From contig NC_042997.1 of NCBI RefSeq assembly GCF_006345805.1, forward strand, positions 163,370,001 to 163,434,000: a stretch of DNA of 64,000 nucleotides, in the 5' to 3' direction. Shown one piece after another: positions 10,878-23,649 of the stretch; within the stretch, counting starts at the first letter, position 1, and each line of letters starts with the position of its first letter. The position numbers and the translations under genes were made by a program. The stretch is from Octopus sinensis (Eukaryota). Below the pieces are notes generated by a model. That model saw nothing but the letters and a program-made list of their open reading frames with translations, was not told the origin of the DNA and ran no database searches.

Positions 10878-12150
10878 CATCATCATCATCATCGTCATTT
10901 AACGTCCACTTTCCATGCTGGCATGGGTTGAACAGTTTGACTGAGGACTGGTGAGCCAGAAGGCTGCACCAGGTTCCAATCCGATCTGGCAAAATTTCCT
11001 AATGCCAACCACTCCAAGAGTGTAATGGGTGCTTTTATGTGCCACTGGCATGAGGGCTAGTCAGGTGGTACTGGCAATGACCATGCTCAAAAGGTGTTTT
11101 TTACATGCCACCTGCACAGGAGCCAGTCTGGCGGCACTGGCAACGACCACACTCAAATGTTGTTTTTCATGTGCTACTAGCATATGTGCCAGTAAGGCGA
11201 TGCTGACAATGATCATACTCAAATGGTGCTTTTTACGTGTCACTGGCACGAGTACCAATCATGCAGTACTGTCATCAGCCACATCAGCAATTTTTATTTT
11301 ACTTGCCACAACAGGTCTTCGCAAGCAAAGTTTATTGTCCAATGAATGAAGGGCTGGTTATACACCACTGGCATAGGCCATGGGTTATGGTCTCACTTGG
11401 CTCGTCAGGTCTTCTCAAGCACAGCATATCTCTAAAGGTCTTGGTCACTAGTCATTGTCTTGGCAAGGCCCAATGTTTAATGGTCATGCTTCACCACCTC
11501 ATCCCAGGTCTCCCTGGGTCTACCTCTTCCAAAGGCTGCAATGATATTGCTGCACCCTCAACTGCTAGGGTGTTACACTTTTTCACACAGCTGTCCTCAT
11601 CCATTCGCAACACATGACCATACCAGCAGTCATCTCTCTTGCACACCACGTCTGATGTTTCTTAAGTCCAACTTTTCTTTCAGGGCACTTACACTCTGTC
11701 ATGAATGCATACTGACATTACACATCCAGTGGAGCTTCATTCCTTGCAAGCTTATGCATGTCCTCAGCAGTCATGGCCCATGTTTCACTGCCATGTACCA
11801 TGGTTGTTCGCACACATGCGTCATACAGTCTACCTTTTATTCTGAGAGGCCCTTTGTCACCAGCAGAGGTAGGAGTGCTCTGAACTTTGCCCAGGCTATT
11901 CTTATTCTAGCAGCTACACTTTCAGAGCATCCACCCCCACTACTGACCTAGGTAACAGAAGCTATCAACTACTTGTAGTTTTTCTCCCTGGAATGTGACA
12001 GAAGCTGTTCTCTGCACATTTTCAGTGTTTATTGCTCCTGAGCATGTTCCACATACAAAAACTATCTTCCCAGTTAGCCTTCCTTTGATATTGCTGCACC
12101 TCAACAATTGCTACTCAACAATATTAAGTGAATATCAGACTTGGTGCATA
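10878..12150 (-). mobile_element. Degenerate 5'-truncated RTE LINE (RT thumb, C-terminus, 3' UTR)
   Basis: Minus translation gives VDSFCYLG...SESVAARIRIAWAKFRALLPLLVTKGL...KGRLYDACVRTTMVHGSETWA (11760-11975). Family C UTR and (GAT)n tail follow. Confidence 0.85.
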
Positions 12151-12616
12151 AGTGCCGGCCACATGATATTTTTGCAGTGTCTGCAGATAAGACCCAGCTG
12201 AGTGAAGAATTCTGTTCTTAGCTGTTCAGACATGTACTTTATATTAAAAATACTGTCTATGATATTTAAGAAGTATAGGTGAATAAAATAGGTGAATAAA
12301 ATACAAGAGAGTAACAAAGAGGTACAGGTGTCAATTCATTACACCTATTTCCAATGACAACTTAAATTTATTAATGCAAACATTACATCATTGTAAAAAA
12401 ACTGTTTTCATCAGATGAATTTGTGATCTTCAAACATAAAGGACAGTTCAACTTATTCAACACTGTTAACAAATTCACAGTGTCACATAACTGGCACCCA
12501 TGCTGGTGGCACATAAAGAGCACCTTTCTTTACAATGATGTAATGTTCTCATTAATCAATTAAAGGAGTCTCACTTTTGAATATGACACACACTCTCACA
12601 CAGAAGGCTTATTTTC

Positions 12617-13775
12617 TACAATGGGAAGTCAAAAATTATCTGCACTTTCGATAAAACTTTCTTTAGATTGACTGTACTGCCTTCAGCGCTATGTGATAAA
12701 AGATGGTACTTTGGTAGTTGATTGTTCCAGTTTTCTTGTGTAACAAAGTAAACATGGCCACTCCACTCACAGGGTGCATCTAGAGAGAACAGTGATCAGT
12801 GTTCCAATTTCTCTGGTCTGAAAGAGTCTCAGGGGTTGAAGCTCATTGCAGGCTTTCGGTATAATATGGGGACAGTACTCTACTGCATAGAAGTGTGTAT
12901 GACTGGATAAGCATGAAGCATGAATAAGGAGCAGGATATCCATCAAACGCCACCACTGACCTGAAGATTCAACAAGCTGGAGAGATGCTTTTGGTGAACT
13001 GACGAGTGACCATCAATGAGGTGGCATGTTAGTCATGGTTCTTCATATGAAACATCCCCAACAAGCTTTGCTTCTGTAAAGTCTGTGCAAGGTGGATGCA
13101 AAGAGAGCTTACCAAAGTATATAAGTGCGATTGTTGGGAGACCTGTCAATGCTTACTTGACCGCTACAGCGATGAAACCGAAGTTTTTTTTTGGAGAGAA
13201 TAGTCACAGGTAACGAGACCTGGGTCCATCATGTTCAACCAGAATCCAAAAGCAGAGCATGGAGTGGAAACACCTGGAATCGCGAGCGAGAAAAAAAATT
13301 CATCACTCAACCGTCTGCAGAAAAAGTAATGCTAACTGTATCTTGAGAGGCAAAAGGGCCTATACTGGAACCTTACCTGGAAAAGAAGTCTACAGTTACT
13401 AGTGTAGGCTACAGTTAAATGCTGGCCAACAAATTGTAACTAGTAATTCATACCAAATGCCGAAATCTATTGTCAAAGCAAGTGTTATTGTTGCACAGCA
13501 ATGCATGCCCACAGTCTAGATCTTGCCTTCTTCTGACTATCACCCTTTTGATTGCTCAAATATCTTTTGCTACAAGGTCATCGATTTGCTATGGATGAAG
13601 TGCAAAAAGCAGGGCATAAATGGTTGCATGAAGCAGCCAAAACCTTCTTTTCCAATGGAATAAGCAAGCTTGTGGACCACTGAAAGAAGTGCATTTGAAA
13701 GCAAGGAGAGTACGTTGAAAAATGAAGTAACTGTTCAACCCTATTTTTGTTTTAATAAATTACAGAAACATTCAT
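12617..13775 (+). pseudogene. Mariner (Tc1/mariner) transposon relic
   Basis: Left end TACAATGGGAAGTCAAAAATTATCTGCAC. Transposase-like peptides EQ*SVFQFLWSE, KVCARWM.RELT, RIVTGNETWVHHVQPESK, MEWKH, QPSA.KVMLTV. Frameshifted, with no right TIR seen. Confidence 0.85.
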
Positions 13776-13919
13776 ACCTGTCAAACCCCTTGCAAGGCTT
13801 TTGGAGAAGCACTTGCCTAGGTCCTGTGCCATGAGACTGAAATTGAAATCATGTGGCTGGGAAGCAAAATTCTTAATGACACAGCTACACCTGATTGGTA
13901 CCTTATTTTATTGATTGCG

Positions 13920-14165
13920 TAAATGCACTCGTGCTTTGCTGGAAATTGCTAGAGAGCTAAACAAGGGCTGGCAAGTGACCTACTGCTATGGATGCCAAAG
14001 CAAGGCTGTACTCGAGCAGATCGTATGAACACAATGCTGTGTAGAGCAACTTGCCAGACACATTGGATGCCTCCCTGAACACCTCCATCAATCAATGCAG
14101 GACCGAGATGGATAGCATGTGCAGGTTAAAAATGTTTGAGCAAGTTCAACTAGATGATATGATGA
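13920..14165 (+). mobile_element. RTEX-like LINE 3' fragment inserted in a family A SINE
   Basis: LLWMPKQG and RHIGCLPEHLHQSMQDRDG*..VKNV resemble the RTEX C-terminus. SINE halves lie at ~13895 and ~14165-14250. Confidence 0.6.
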
Positions 14166-15569
14166 AAGCTAAAAGTAGACTGACTAGATTTGAACTGAGA
14201 ATGTTAAAGCAATGTAACTAAGTACTTCAAAATATTTTGTATGACACTAACAATTCTGCCAAACTATCATCCTCACATGTATTACTGCTGCTTGTGTTCA
14301 TACTGATGCTGTTGTTAATGATGATGATGATGACAATGAAAATGATGATAATGACAGCAATGATGATGGTGGTGATATGAAGAGGAAGTAGAAGCAATGC
14401 TTTGAGATTGTCTTCCAGAAATATGACAATCCAAATTATTGATCAAAATCTATTTTTAGTATAAAAAGGAGTACCAAACGCACATTTTAGTTCCACTAGA
14501 CAAATATTGATTTCATATGATGTCAGTACAACCTCAGTAAAGCAAAATTAATCTACTTTGGAGTTGATTTGTTACAGCAATTAAATTTTATCATTTACAT
14601 ATATGTAAAATAAATTAAGAATTTTCAAAATATCCTAAAGAATTTTAGGGCTTAACCATTTCTTCTAAATCTTCTCTTGAAGAGGTTGCAGGAAATTTGA
14701 ACTTCCAACAACAATATTTAGATGTTTAGATCTCGAGTTTACATCAGAGTGACTTCCCATTGCCTAGTCCAGACCAAAGAATGAATTTTTAACTTAATAA
14801 TACAGTGCAACCATATATTACAGCAATGAGCAATACTCACTCGTGGTATCTATGGTATGTAACGAAAAAGAAAAAAAAGGACACATGACTTAGTTGATAT
14901 TTTTGTTACAAAAAAAAAAAAAAAGACATTGTTTTGAAATAAACAGACCTGTAATTCATGAAGAAAACTTGTCACAACTCTATTGCATGTCAGCATCTGA
15001 GGCTGATGACACAGGTACTGCCTGTCAGTGTCGAAGCACATTCATTGACAAACAGAAAGTCATTGATATCTGAAATCATGGCTTTTGCTTAAAACCTCCC
15101 GAGGTTGAAGATTGACCCTCGGTATATTTGACACAATACCACTATTTGGTACACGTGTCTGTGGAATAATTTATACGCTCTATATGTTTATATGGTAATT
15201 CAATGAGCCGGCAATTCAGATGATAGAACAACTAAACGATCTTCGTCGAAACTGGAGATCCACCCATCCATAATTAAACAATCATTGTCATGTTAAGTAG
15301 TCCTGCATTATAAAGTTGATTTCTGACTCTGTGTGTGTGTATGCATGTGCACATTTACCTTGATGTTGCTTAATCTCGGTCAGCTCTAGGCGGAGGTAAA
15401 GAATACGTACACCACCCGTTTTCGGCGTAACAAAAACCCAAACCCTAAACACCGAGTGTATGTATTCTTTACTTTCGTCTAGCTCTGATTGCACAGAATC
15501 TATGGGCAAAGATATCCCAGTCATGCCCACCCCTGTCTTATTCAGACAATTGTATGGTGTGGTGTACAA

Positions 15570-15839
15570 CACGGTTACTCAAAGTGGTGGTCCGCGAGCC
15601 ACCAGCTGCCGGTACCCAGAGAGTTTCCAGAAAAGAAAGAAACATTATAAAATGCTTATGTAATATTGTATTGTTTACAAAATAAATATAAGATAAAAAA
15701 AATTGTCTACTTTTATTATATTCATTACATATAGTTTCTAGTTTAAATTAATATTACTAAGTATTGCCGGTCCCTGGCACATTGGGAAAATATAAAAAAA
15801 ACTGCCGGTACATCACATCAGATAGTTTGAGAAGCACTC
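15570..15839. mobile_element. hAT (Charlie-like) MITE
   Basis: Ends CACGGTTACTCAAAG / TTTGAGAAGCACTC. 8 bp TSD GTGTACAA / GTGTACAC with central TA. Confidence 0.7.
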
Positions 15840-16291
15840 GTGTACACGACCTCTGTTATCATATCACCAATACTACCACCATCATCTAATGATGGTAATT
15901 GAGATTGTGTTGGTGATTAGCTGGTCACAGTTTTGTTGGTGGTGAGAGGTGAGAGAGGTAATCACTTGAGTCAATATCAATGATCGTGATTGGTGACAGT
16001 AGTGTTCTCAGCTCCACCACCACTACTTTGCTGTGGTATTGGCGTCATTCATCATCGATGGATTGTTTATTGCTGGTAGAAGGCATTTTCTGGATTGGTA
16101 TTTTAAAGAACACACCGCCACCATCACCATCAGTAATACAACTACAAGCATCACCCTAATCACACCCAACCATACAAACACTCATCTACAACCCACCCGT
16201 AACTCTTTAATGACAAACAACGTTAACACCCGCAATAAATCAATGTCAGTTGGTATATCTACTTACCTTCACCAAAGTATTGTCCCCCACC

Positions 16292-16590
16292 CAGAGGCGT
16301 AGCAAGGTTCTAAAGTTGTGAGGTGCGAGCAGATACAAAAAAGGCTCCGAGATACGTACCAAACAATCTTCAGCATTTCTCTTATACCATTTCATTAGTT
16401 ATAACATACGTAATCGTATTTTATGTCCATTAATTTCATGTTTCAGTAACAATGTCATTATGTATTTGGCTCACAACTACTGATATAGGCAACTAATGAG
16501 TTTTAAAAAATTGTCGGAGAGGCGTCAATTTGGAAAATGTGCTCGGGAGGAGCGGTCGCTCTTCTTGCTCCCCTGTTAGCTACGCCACTG
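16292..16590. mobile_element. hAT-type MITE
   Basis: TIR CAGAGGCGTAGC / GCTACGCCACTG. TSD is poorly conserved. Confidence 0.6.
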
Positions 16591-16799
16591 TTTCCATCTC
16601 ACAGGGAATCTCTACCCTTTAAAACGGAGGCACCACTGCTACGATTGTCAAATTCTTAGTTCTCCCTGTTGTTACTGAGAACAAATTATAATCATTACAT
16701 TTCCAAATATGTACTCTTAAAATGAAAGTGTGGAACAACTTTAATCCGGTATGCATTATAGATTATTTGAAGACAGATGACATTATTGCAACCCAGAAA

Positions 16800-17030
16800 A
16801 CGTGTATGTGCGCAGACGAAATGGTTTAGTAGACAATACCACCAAAAGAAAAAAGGGATTTTGGCAGTAAGTACCTGACAGAAGTACAGAAACTTTAGAA
16901 TCTGTTATAAAGGAGAATGTGTTGCCAGTTCCAACAATTTCCACCGATAAATGGGCCAGCTCTCGAAATCTCCTGCAACTTGGCTGCAGTGAACCATAAT
17001 TTCGAGGATTCAGATACCCGGGCACGTGTT
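16800..17030 (+). pseudogene. Merlin (IS1016/ISXO2-like DDE) transposase fragment
   Basis: 16870-16985 reads VPDRSTETLESVIKENVLPVPTISTDKWASSRNLLQLG, then after a frameshift VNHNFEDSDT. This matches the ISXO2-type pattern VPDRS..TL...I...V.PG..I.TD.W..Y..L...VNH. Confidence 0.75.
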
Positions 17031-18077
17031 CTGTTATTTAATTTAAATTAATATTTTCCTTGATTCGCTCGAAATAGCAGCATGCACAAATGAACAGGCT
17101 GCGTTTAAAAAAAGTTTCATTACGATTGAATATATTTAAAAATTGGAATTTTTGAAAATAAAAGTTTTCAGAACCATTAATTCCGTATTTGTTACCGTGT
17201 AAATTAATCGGTAAAAAAAAAAATCCAAGTCCTCACAAAAAAACAACAAAAAAGAAACAAAAAGAATGAAGTGCGTGTTCGACACCTATAGATTTAGCTG
17301 TTATTTCTAGCTATTCCAGGATAACTGTCTCACCTACGATGGATTTTCTCCGTTTCGCTAGACGTTTTCAAAATTTTTTTTTTGCACTACGCATCTCAAA
17401 ACGATGATGGAGGATGGGGGTGAATGAGCTTCCAAAAAGTTTTTTGAAATTCATGATTTTTTAACGTTTGACCCCAGCTCTCCCTCCTCGTGCCATCACG
17501 ACAGCCATGACTACTAATTTTTTCCCTTCAAAGTATTCAGTATTCTGAGGTACATGTATTCTGCATTTTTACAGCAAAAAGAAAAGTTCATAACGTTTAT
17601 TCCCCACTGCACTTTTACAATTGGTATGGAATTTTTATGGTATTCCAAACTCTTAAACATTTCTAATTTGCATTAAAAAAAATATTTTTAAAATTTCTTA
17701 AATCCCTTCATCTTGCTGTTGAAACAGCAACCACCTCTAAAATACTTTTTTGTTATTCTTATTTTTCATAATTTTATTGCAATCCACATCCTGATAAAAA
17801 TTGTAATTCGCATATTTTTTTTTAATTAAAAAAAGGAAATCTTTCCCTCTTGCATCGTACCTTCACTATTTAAGAAAATCAAAAGGCACAAGTTGATGGG
17901 TGAAAAACAAAATTAGAATATTTAAAAAAGTATCCATAAAACATCATTTCAGTTGGCTCAAATGTAGAAAAAGACTTTTTTAATTGACGAAAAGCAAAAT
18001 GGGACAAAAAAAAAAAAAAAAAAAATTCTTTTTCGCTCTCTATCAAAGTCCTAAGTAAAGCAGTTTATTTCTGTTTG

Positions 18078-18152
18078 GGATCTTTACCAGTATACGAAGT
18101 TTCAAATTGTTTAGTTAACTAGAAAATTCCGTCCATCAAATGGAAAAGATCC
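18078..18152 (+). mobile_element. Short derivative of unclassified family E
   Basis: GGATCTTT...CAGTATACGAAGTTT...GAAAAGATCC, flanked by GTTTG on both sides. Shares its 3' part with 22870-22940 and 62530-62612. Confidence 0.55.
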
Positions 18153-19302
18153 GTTTGGGATCTGGGAGACGAGAACAATTATATATAAAATTAAATTTGA
18201 TGGCAATTATGTTAAGGTAAATAAAGTAAGTTTTAGTATATTCTTATTTTACTCTTACGTCGTATAGGAATTTTTTTACAATATGGTAAAAGTATGAAAG
18301 AAAAAAGAAAAATAATGAATATGAAGAAAAAAAAACAAAATCATTTTGATCGTGAATGGTACGATGGAGTGGGTAAGGTAAATAAATTTTAAAGTGCGAA
18401 TTATAAGTGTTTCAGAATGTGGAATACAATAAGATAATTAAAAATAACGGCAAAGAGAAAATCATTTTAGTGGTGGCTAAATGAGGACTCGATGAGTGTG
18501 TGTGGGAATGTTTAAATTATATGGATTTTAAAATTTCTTTCTCCTAAAAATGTGGAGTGCATGTAATGTTTCAGAATATAGAAAGAATAACTATAATATG
18601 AGGGGGGAATTTTTTTTTACTGGTAATGGCTGTTGGGTAGGGGAAAGGGGAGGATAGACGTTTAAAAATTATGGATTTTTTAAAGTAAAAGCTTCCCTCC
18701 CCAATTGTTTTGAAATGCGGGATGCAACAAAAAAAGGGGGGGGGAGAAGAAAAATGAAAACTCCCGGCTAAAACGGAGAAATGTTAACTTATGTGGAATA
18801 GCTATTCTGAAAGTTCGTCGGAAACAAGTAAAGATTGGTGACAGGAGAGGCATCCGGCCATAGAAAAAGTGCTTCAACACGTTCTACCCGACCCATAAGA
18901 GCAGGCAGAAATGGATGATGACTAACAGAGAAACAAAGAGAGTAGAATTCTTTGTTGTTAAAATTCGTAAATAAAATGGGAATAAGTCAGAAAGAGAATG
19001 TTTCACAATGTACGTTGCCAATTACTATTAATTGGTGCTGGATTTTAATAGGTCATATCGACTTGTTTTTCCCGTGTTTATATTTATTCTTTCTAATATA
19101 TGAATGAAAATGAATTAAAAAATAATACCTACGGCACATAATCCACAAATATTGGTAAAAAAAGAATAGACAATTTTCAAATATACTGTGTTCAAAAGTG
19201 CAGAATTTATAAATTTATTTCATGGTCGACGTAAATTATCTCCCTTCAAATATATACTCTACATTATGATAGCTTTATACTAATTATTGTTATATCTATA
19301 TA

Positions 19303-19807
19303 TCTATATATATAAAACTCTAGTTGTGTGAGTGTCTGTCCCCTTCGATTTAGATTCCTAACTCCTCCCACATTTTGCGGTGCAGTTTAACCAAATTCGG
19401 GTATCTTATAGTCGTGATTCATATCGAGCCCGTCTGACTATTAGCGCGCGTCAACGATGAGTCTACGATTTTAAAAATAATTTAACATCATTTTTTATTC
19501 CATTTTAATGCATAAAATGCATCGTATGTCGATGGCGGCGGAGTTGGCGTCCACGCTCACAGCTGCACCTGTTTGCTTCTCCCCTTCCCTCCCTCGTGAA
19601 GCTGTGGGGAAGGGAGTGTAAAGAAATCAACGTCGTAATGCGTTGTGAAGGAAACCAGCGTTCTTTTAGAACAACGACTTCATGGCTTGAAGACACCAAA
19701 ATAAAAATAGCTAAGAAAGACCGAATTTATAAGGGAAGTAACTCTCTAAAAAAGCTTATATAGTTATTTCCCTTACAAACCCGAGCAACGCCGGGCGATA
19801 CTGCTAG
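19303..19807 (+). mobile_element. Non-autonomous Helitron, copy 1 of a tandem trimer
   Basis: 5' A|TCTATATATATAAAA. 3' CCCGAGCAACGCCGGG hairpin followed by CTAG. No TSD. Confidence 0.85.
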
Positions 19808-20304
19808 TCTATATATATAAAACTATAGTTGTGTGAGTGTCTGTCCCCTTCGATTTAGATTCCTAACTACTCCCACATTTTGCGGTGCAGTTTAACCAAA
19901 TTCGGGTATCTTATAGTCGTGATTCATATCGAGCCCGTCTGGGTATTAGCGCGCGTCTACGATGAGTCTACGATTTTAAAAATAATTTAACATCATTTTT
20001 TATTCCATTTTAATGCATAATTTTTCGTGTGTCGATGGCGGCGGAGTTGGCGTCCATGGACACCTGCACCTGTTTGCTTCTCCCTCGTGAAGCTGTGGGG
20101 AAGGGAGTGTAAGGAAATCAACGTCGTAAAGCGTTGTCAAGGAGACCAGCGTTCTTTTAGAACAACGACTTCATGGCTTGAAGACACCAAAACAAAAATG
20201 GCTAAGAAAGCCCGAATTGGCATCTATAAGGGAAGTAACTCTCTAAAACAGCTTATATAGTTATTTCCCTTACAAACCCGAGCAACGCCGGGCGATACTG
20301 CTAG
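19808..20304 (+). mobile_element. Non-autonomous Helitron, copy 2
   Basis: Starts TCTATATATATAAAA directly after the CTAG of copy 1. Same interior and same 3' hairpin plus CTAG. Confidence 0.85.
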
Positions 20305-20703
20305 TCTTCTTTATATATAAAAGAGAAGTTGTGTGTCTGTCTCCTACGATTTAGATTCCTAAATACTCCCACATTTTGCGGTGCAGTTTAACCAAAACCG
20401 GGTATCTTATAGTCGGGATTCATATCGAGCCCTTCTGGGTATTAGCGCGCGTCTACGATGAGTCTACGATTTAAAAAAAAAATTACCATCATTTTTTTCC
20501 ATTTTAATGCATTTTTCGCTATTATATAAGGGAAGTAACTGTCTAAAAATGTCTACGATGAGTTAACGATTTTAAAAACAATTTACCATCATTTTTTTCC
20601 CATTTTTAATGCATTTTTTGCTACTTTTTGGCTATAACTCTCTAAAAATGCTTATATAGTTATTTCCCTTACAAACCCGAGCAACGCCGGGCGATACTGC
20701 TGG
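20305..20703 (+). mobile_element. Non-autonomous Helitron, copy 3 (different interior variant)
   Basis: TC...TTATATATAAAAG start, lacks the GC-rich core of copies 1-2, ends with hairpin plus CTGG|T. Confidence 0.8.
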
Positions 20704-20754
20704 TATAATATATAAATAACAAAGAAAACATTATTATTATTATTATTATTATTA

Positions 20755-21960
20755 TTCAAATTCCACCGAGTTTGACTTTGCTTTTCATCCTTTCGAAGTC
20801 GATAAAATAAGTACCAGCTGAATTCTAGGGTTGAATTTCAGTTGAACTTTGGTGGGAAGTTGAGGACTCACATCAAAGTTCAGGCCTTGTGCCTATAGTA
20901 GAAAGGATTATCATTATTATGAATTAAAAAAAAAAAATATATATCATTAAGTGTTGCGCTTCAAGTTTAAATCCGGAAGTGGTCAACTTTGTGCTTCTAC
21001 CGGGGTCTATCGCATATAGTCTAAATCAAATACTTAGGTCAATTTAATCAACTGCTTCCCTTCCCAATTGCAGAAATTATTAATTATATCATTTTTAGAA
21101 AACAATATTGGACCACACTGACTTAGCTCACATTGTATTGATTTCTTGGGAGTAAGGGAAATAACTGTTGGTATTTAGTTTTTTATACCGTTATTGAAAA
21201 AAAAATCGCGTTGTTGAGTACAGATTTCCATCGAGATGATTCACGGTTTTTGTGGCGGCGAATCAGATACGGACTCGCTGTAGTACAAGCATCTCAAAAG
21301 ATTTCGAGGGCTAATGCAGTTTCGCATCTCTCCTTGAAAAATGCATTTTTTCGAAAAAGCAGATCTAACGACCGTATAGAAGAACCATGGGCAAACTGCG
21401 GCCTGCAGAACTTTCTGAATAGTATGCGGAACTTTTTGGTTATCTCACCCCCATTAAAAAATTGAGTTATCTCCCCCAACTAAAAAAAAAATTTGTTTAA
21501 CTATCAATAAAAAAATAAAAATTAATCAATATGAACATTGAAAAGATTTAAACATCTTATTGAATCTGAAAATATTTTTATATCAAACCAAGGCGGCGAG
21601 CTGGCAGACTCGTTAGCACGCCGGGCGAAATGCTTAGCAGTATTTCGTCTACCACTACGTTCTGAGTTCAAATTCCGCCGAGGTCGACTTTGCCTTTCAT
21701 CCTTTCGGGGTCGGTTAAATAAGTACCAGTTACGCACTGGAGTCGATATAATCGACTTAATCTGTTTGTCTGTCCTCTCTGTGTTTAGCCCCTTGTGGGT
21801 CGTAAAGAAATAGGTATTTCGTCTGCTTTTACGTTCTGAGTTCAAATTCAGCCAAGGTCGTCTTTGCCTTTCATCCTTTCGGGATCCATAAATTAAGTAC
21901 CAGTTGCGTACTGAGATCTAGCTAATCGACTGACCCCCTCCCCGAAAATGTTCAGGCAAA
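20755..21960 (+). mobile_element. Family A SINE copies (~20755-20915, 21592-21815, 21816-21960)
   Basis: Consensus matches. The 21592 copy retains nearly all CpGs. Confidence 0.8.
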
Positions 21961-22506
21961 CTGAAAAACGTTAATGAATATGAAGACTAAAATAATTAAT
22001 AAACAGGAAAACGGTAAAAAAATTAAACATCTTATTGAATCTGATAACATTTTCATAACAAATCATTCCATGCCTATTGAGGAGGCCAAAAGTCAATAAC
22101 ATAATATATAAACATGTACACCTTTTATAAGATTTTGCTGGCAAATTTTTAAATTAACATAAACATTTATGTACCTCGAAGAAAATTACCGGAGAACTTT
22201 CATCTAATTCTTCGAAACTGCATTGAAACCATTTGTGGGGAATGTTATTGAGGTGGTTGTGAGGTGAGCTAAAAATAACAGCCAAATAAGGTTTTTTGGA
22301 TAAATCTATTAAAGTTCGTACTATCCCATTAAACGCATATTAAATGCTTCAATCAACAAAATACGTGTTGTTTACAAATATTGACATGTGCTATTTTCAG
22401 GATGTTGACGACAAAATGTACAGTCACGCACAAAATGATAGCTTCCAATGGGTGAAAATGATCAAACTTTAAACCTCTATAATTTTTTTTAAATATTTTT
22501 CTGGAA

Positions 22507-22970
22507 AAAGTGAAATAACTCCAGCAATTTAGCTTGGAAAAGTAGGATCTTTTACGGAAAGTGTGTGTATAAAATTATAGAATTATTTTGTGTGTTAATT
22601 GTTTAAATTATTTTCCATTGCTTTCGTTTTAGCCTTCCGTTTTTTTTTTACATGCGTAACAATTAAATTAATTTAACAATTAAGAAAAAAAAATTTAGGG
22701 TTAGGGTTAGTGACAGGATGTTGTCTCAGTTTTAGACGCAGCAAATGATTTTAGTTCAATTAGAGGTGATTCATTGGTTAAAATTCGAAAAATCAAACAA
22801 CGTTAAACAAACGAATTACAATTTTATCAAGAAAGCCAAGAAAAAAAAAATGTATTATTTTGACACATTCTACCGGTATACGAAGTTTTAAAGTGTTTAG
22901 TTAACTAGAAATTGTGTGCAGTTCAAAAGGAAAAGATCCGAAAACTGAATTGCTGGAGTTATTTCACTTT
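22507..22970. mobile_element. Unclassified non-autonomous element (family E) with 23 bp perfect inverted repeats and a (TTAGGG)n core
   Basis: AAAGTGAAATAACTCCAGCAATT (22507-22529) / AATTGCTGGAGTTATTTCACTTT (22948-22970). Inner GGATCTTTT / AAAAGATCC. TTAGGGTTAGGGTTAG near 22695. Confidence 0.65.
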
Positions 22971-23649
22971 AACCTTAGAAATGCCGGCAGCCTAACTAAC
23001 TTACATTCAAGGTTCCTCCACCACCATAATTTTGAAGTGCGTGGTGAAAAAAGGAAATAACAAAAAAACAAAACCAAAATTGAAAAGTCCCGGCGAAAAC
23101 GAACATCCAGTGGTGGAATTCTGGGTTAAACACCCCATATAACCCCTCATAACTTATTATTTTTTGGGGAATTTTCAGAAAATTTCCTCGAATTTGTATT
23201 CTACACACGGAAATTCTTATGAATATGCAATAAGTAAATAAATTTGTGATCTAAGGGCGATTTAGCTGGTGTTTTTTTTTTAAACATATCTCATGACCAC
23301 CTAATCCCCTCATTTCTTTGACTTGTATTGATATTATTCAATATCTTTTTTATCCGCAAACACATTTATGGGAAATAAGGATGTACCCAAGGGTGGTCCA
23401 ATGTTGTGATTTAAGCAAACATTTCCAACTGTCCGAATTTTCAGCTAATTTTTTTAAAATTCGAAAAAGAGTGAAACTTTTAGGATTTTTTTAGGTGGTA
23501 GGGAAAAGTTTAAAAAATTCATAAATTTGCAAAATTTTTCTAAAAATTTCAAAGAATAAAAAGAAAGTCATATGGGGGTTATTCCGACCACTTGTTACTT
23601 CATATATCTTTACGTCAAGAAATAAACAATATTCTTTTCAACTCTTGAC

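Noticed and set aside
22050-22480. DNA-transposon-like non-coding segment
   Set aside because: I could not identify termini, a TSD or a second copy in the window.
22695-22712. TTAGGG repeats as telomere or fusion relic (also ~62288-62317)
   Set aside because: Only 2-4 units, embedded at the same position in a dispersed repeat family.
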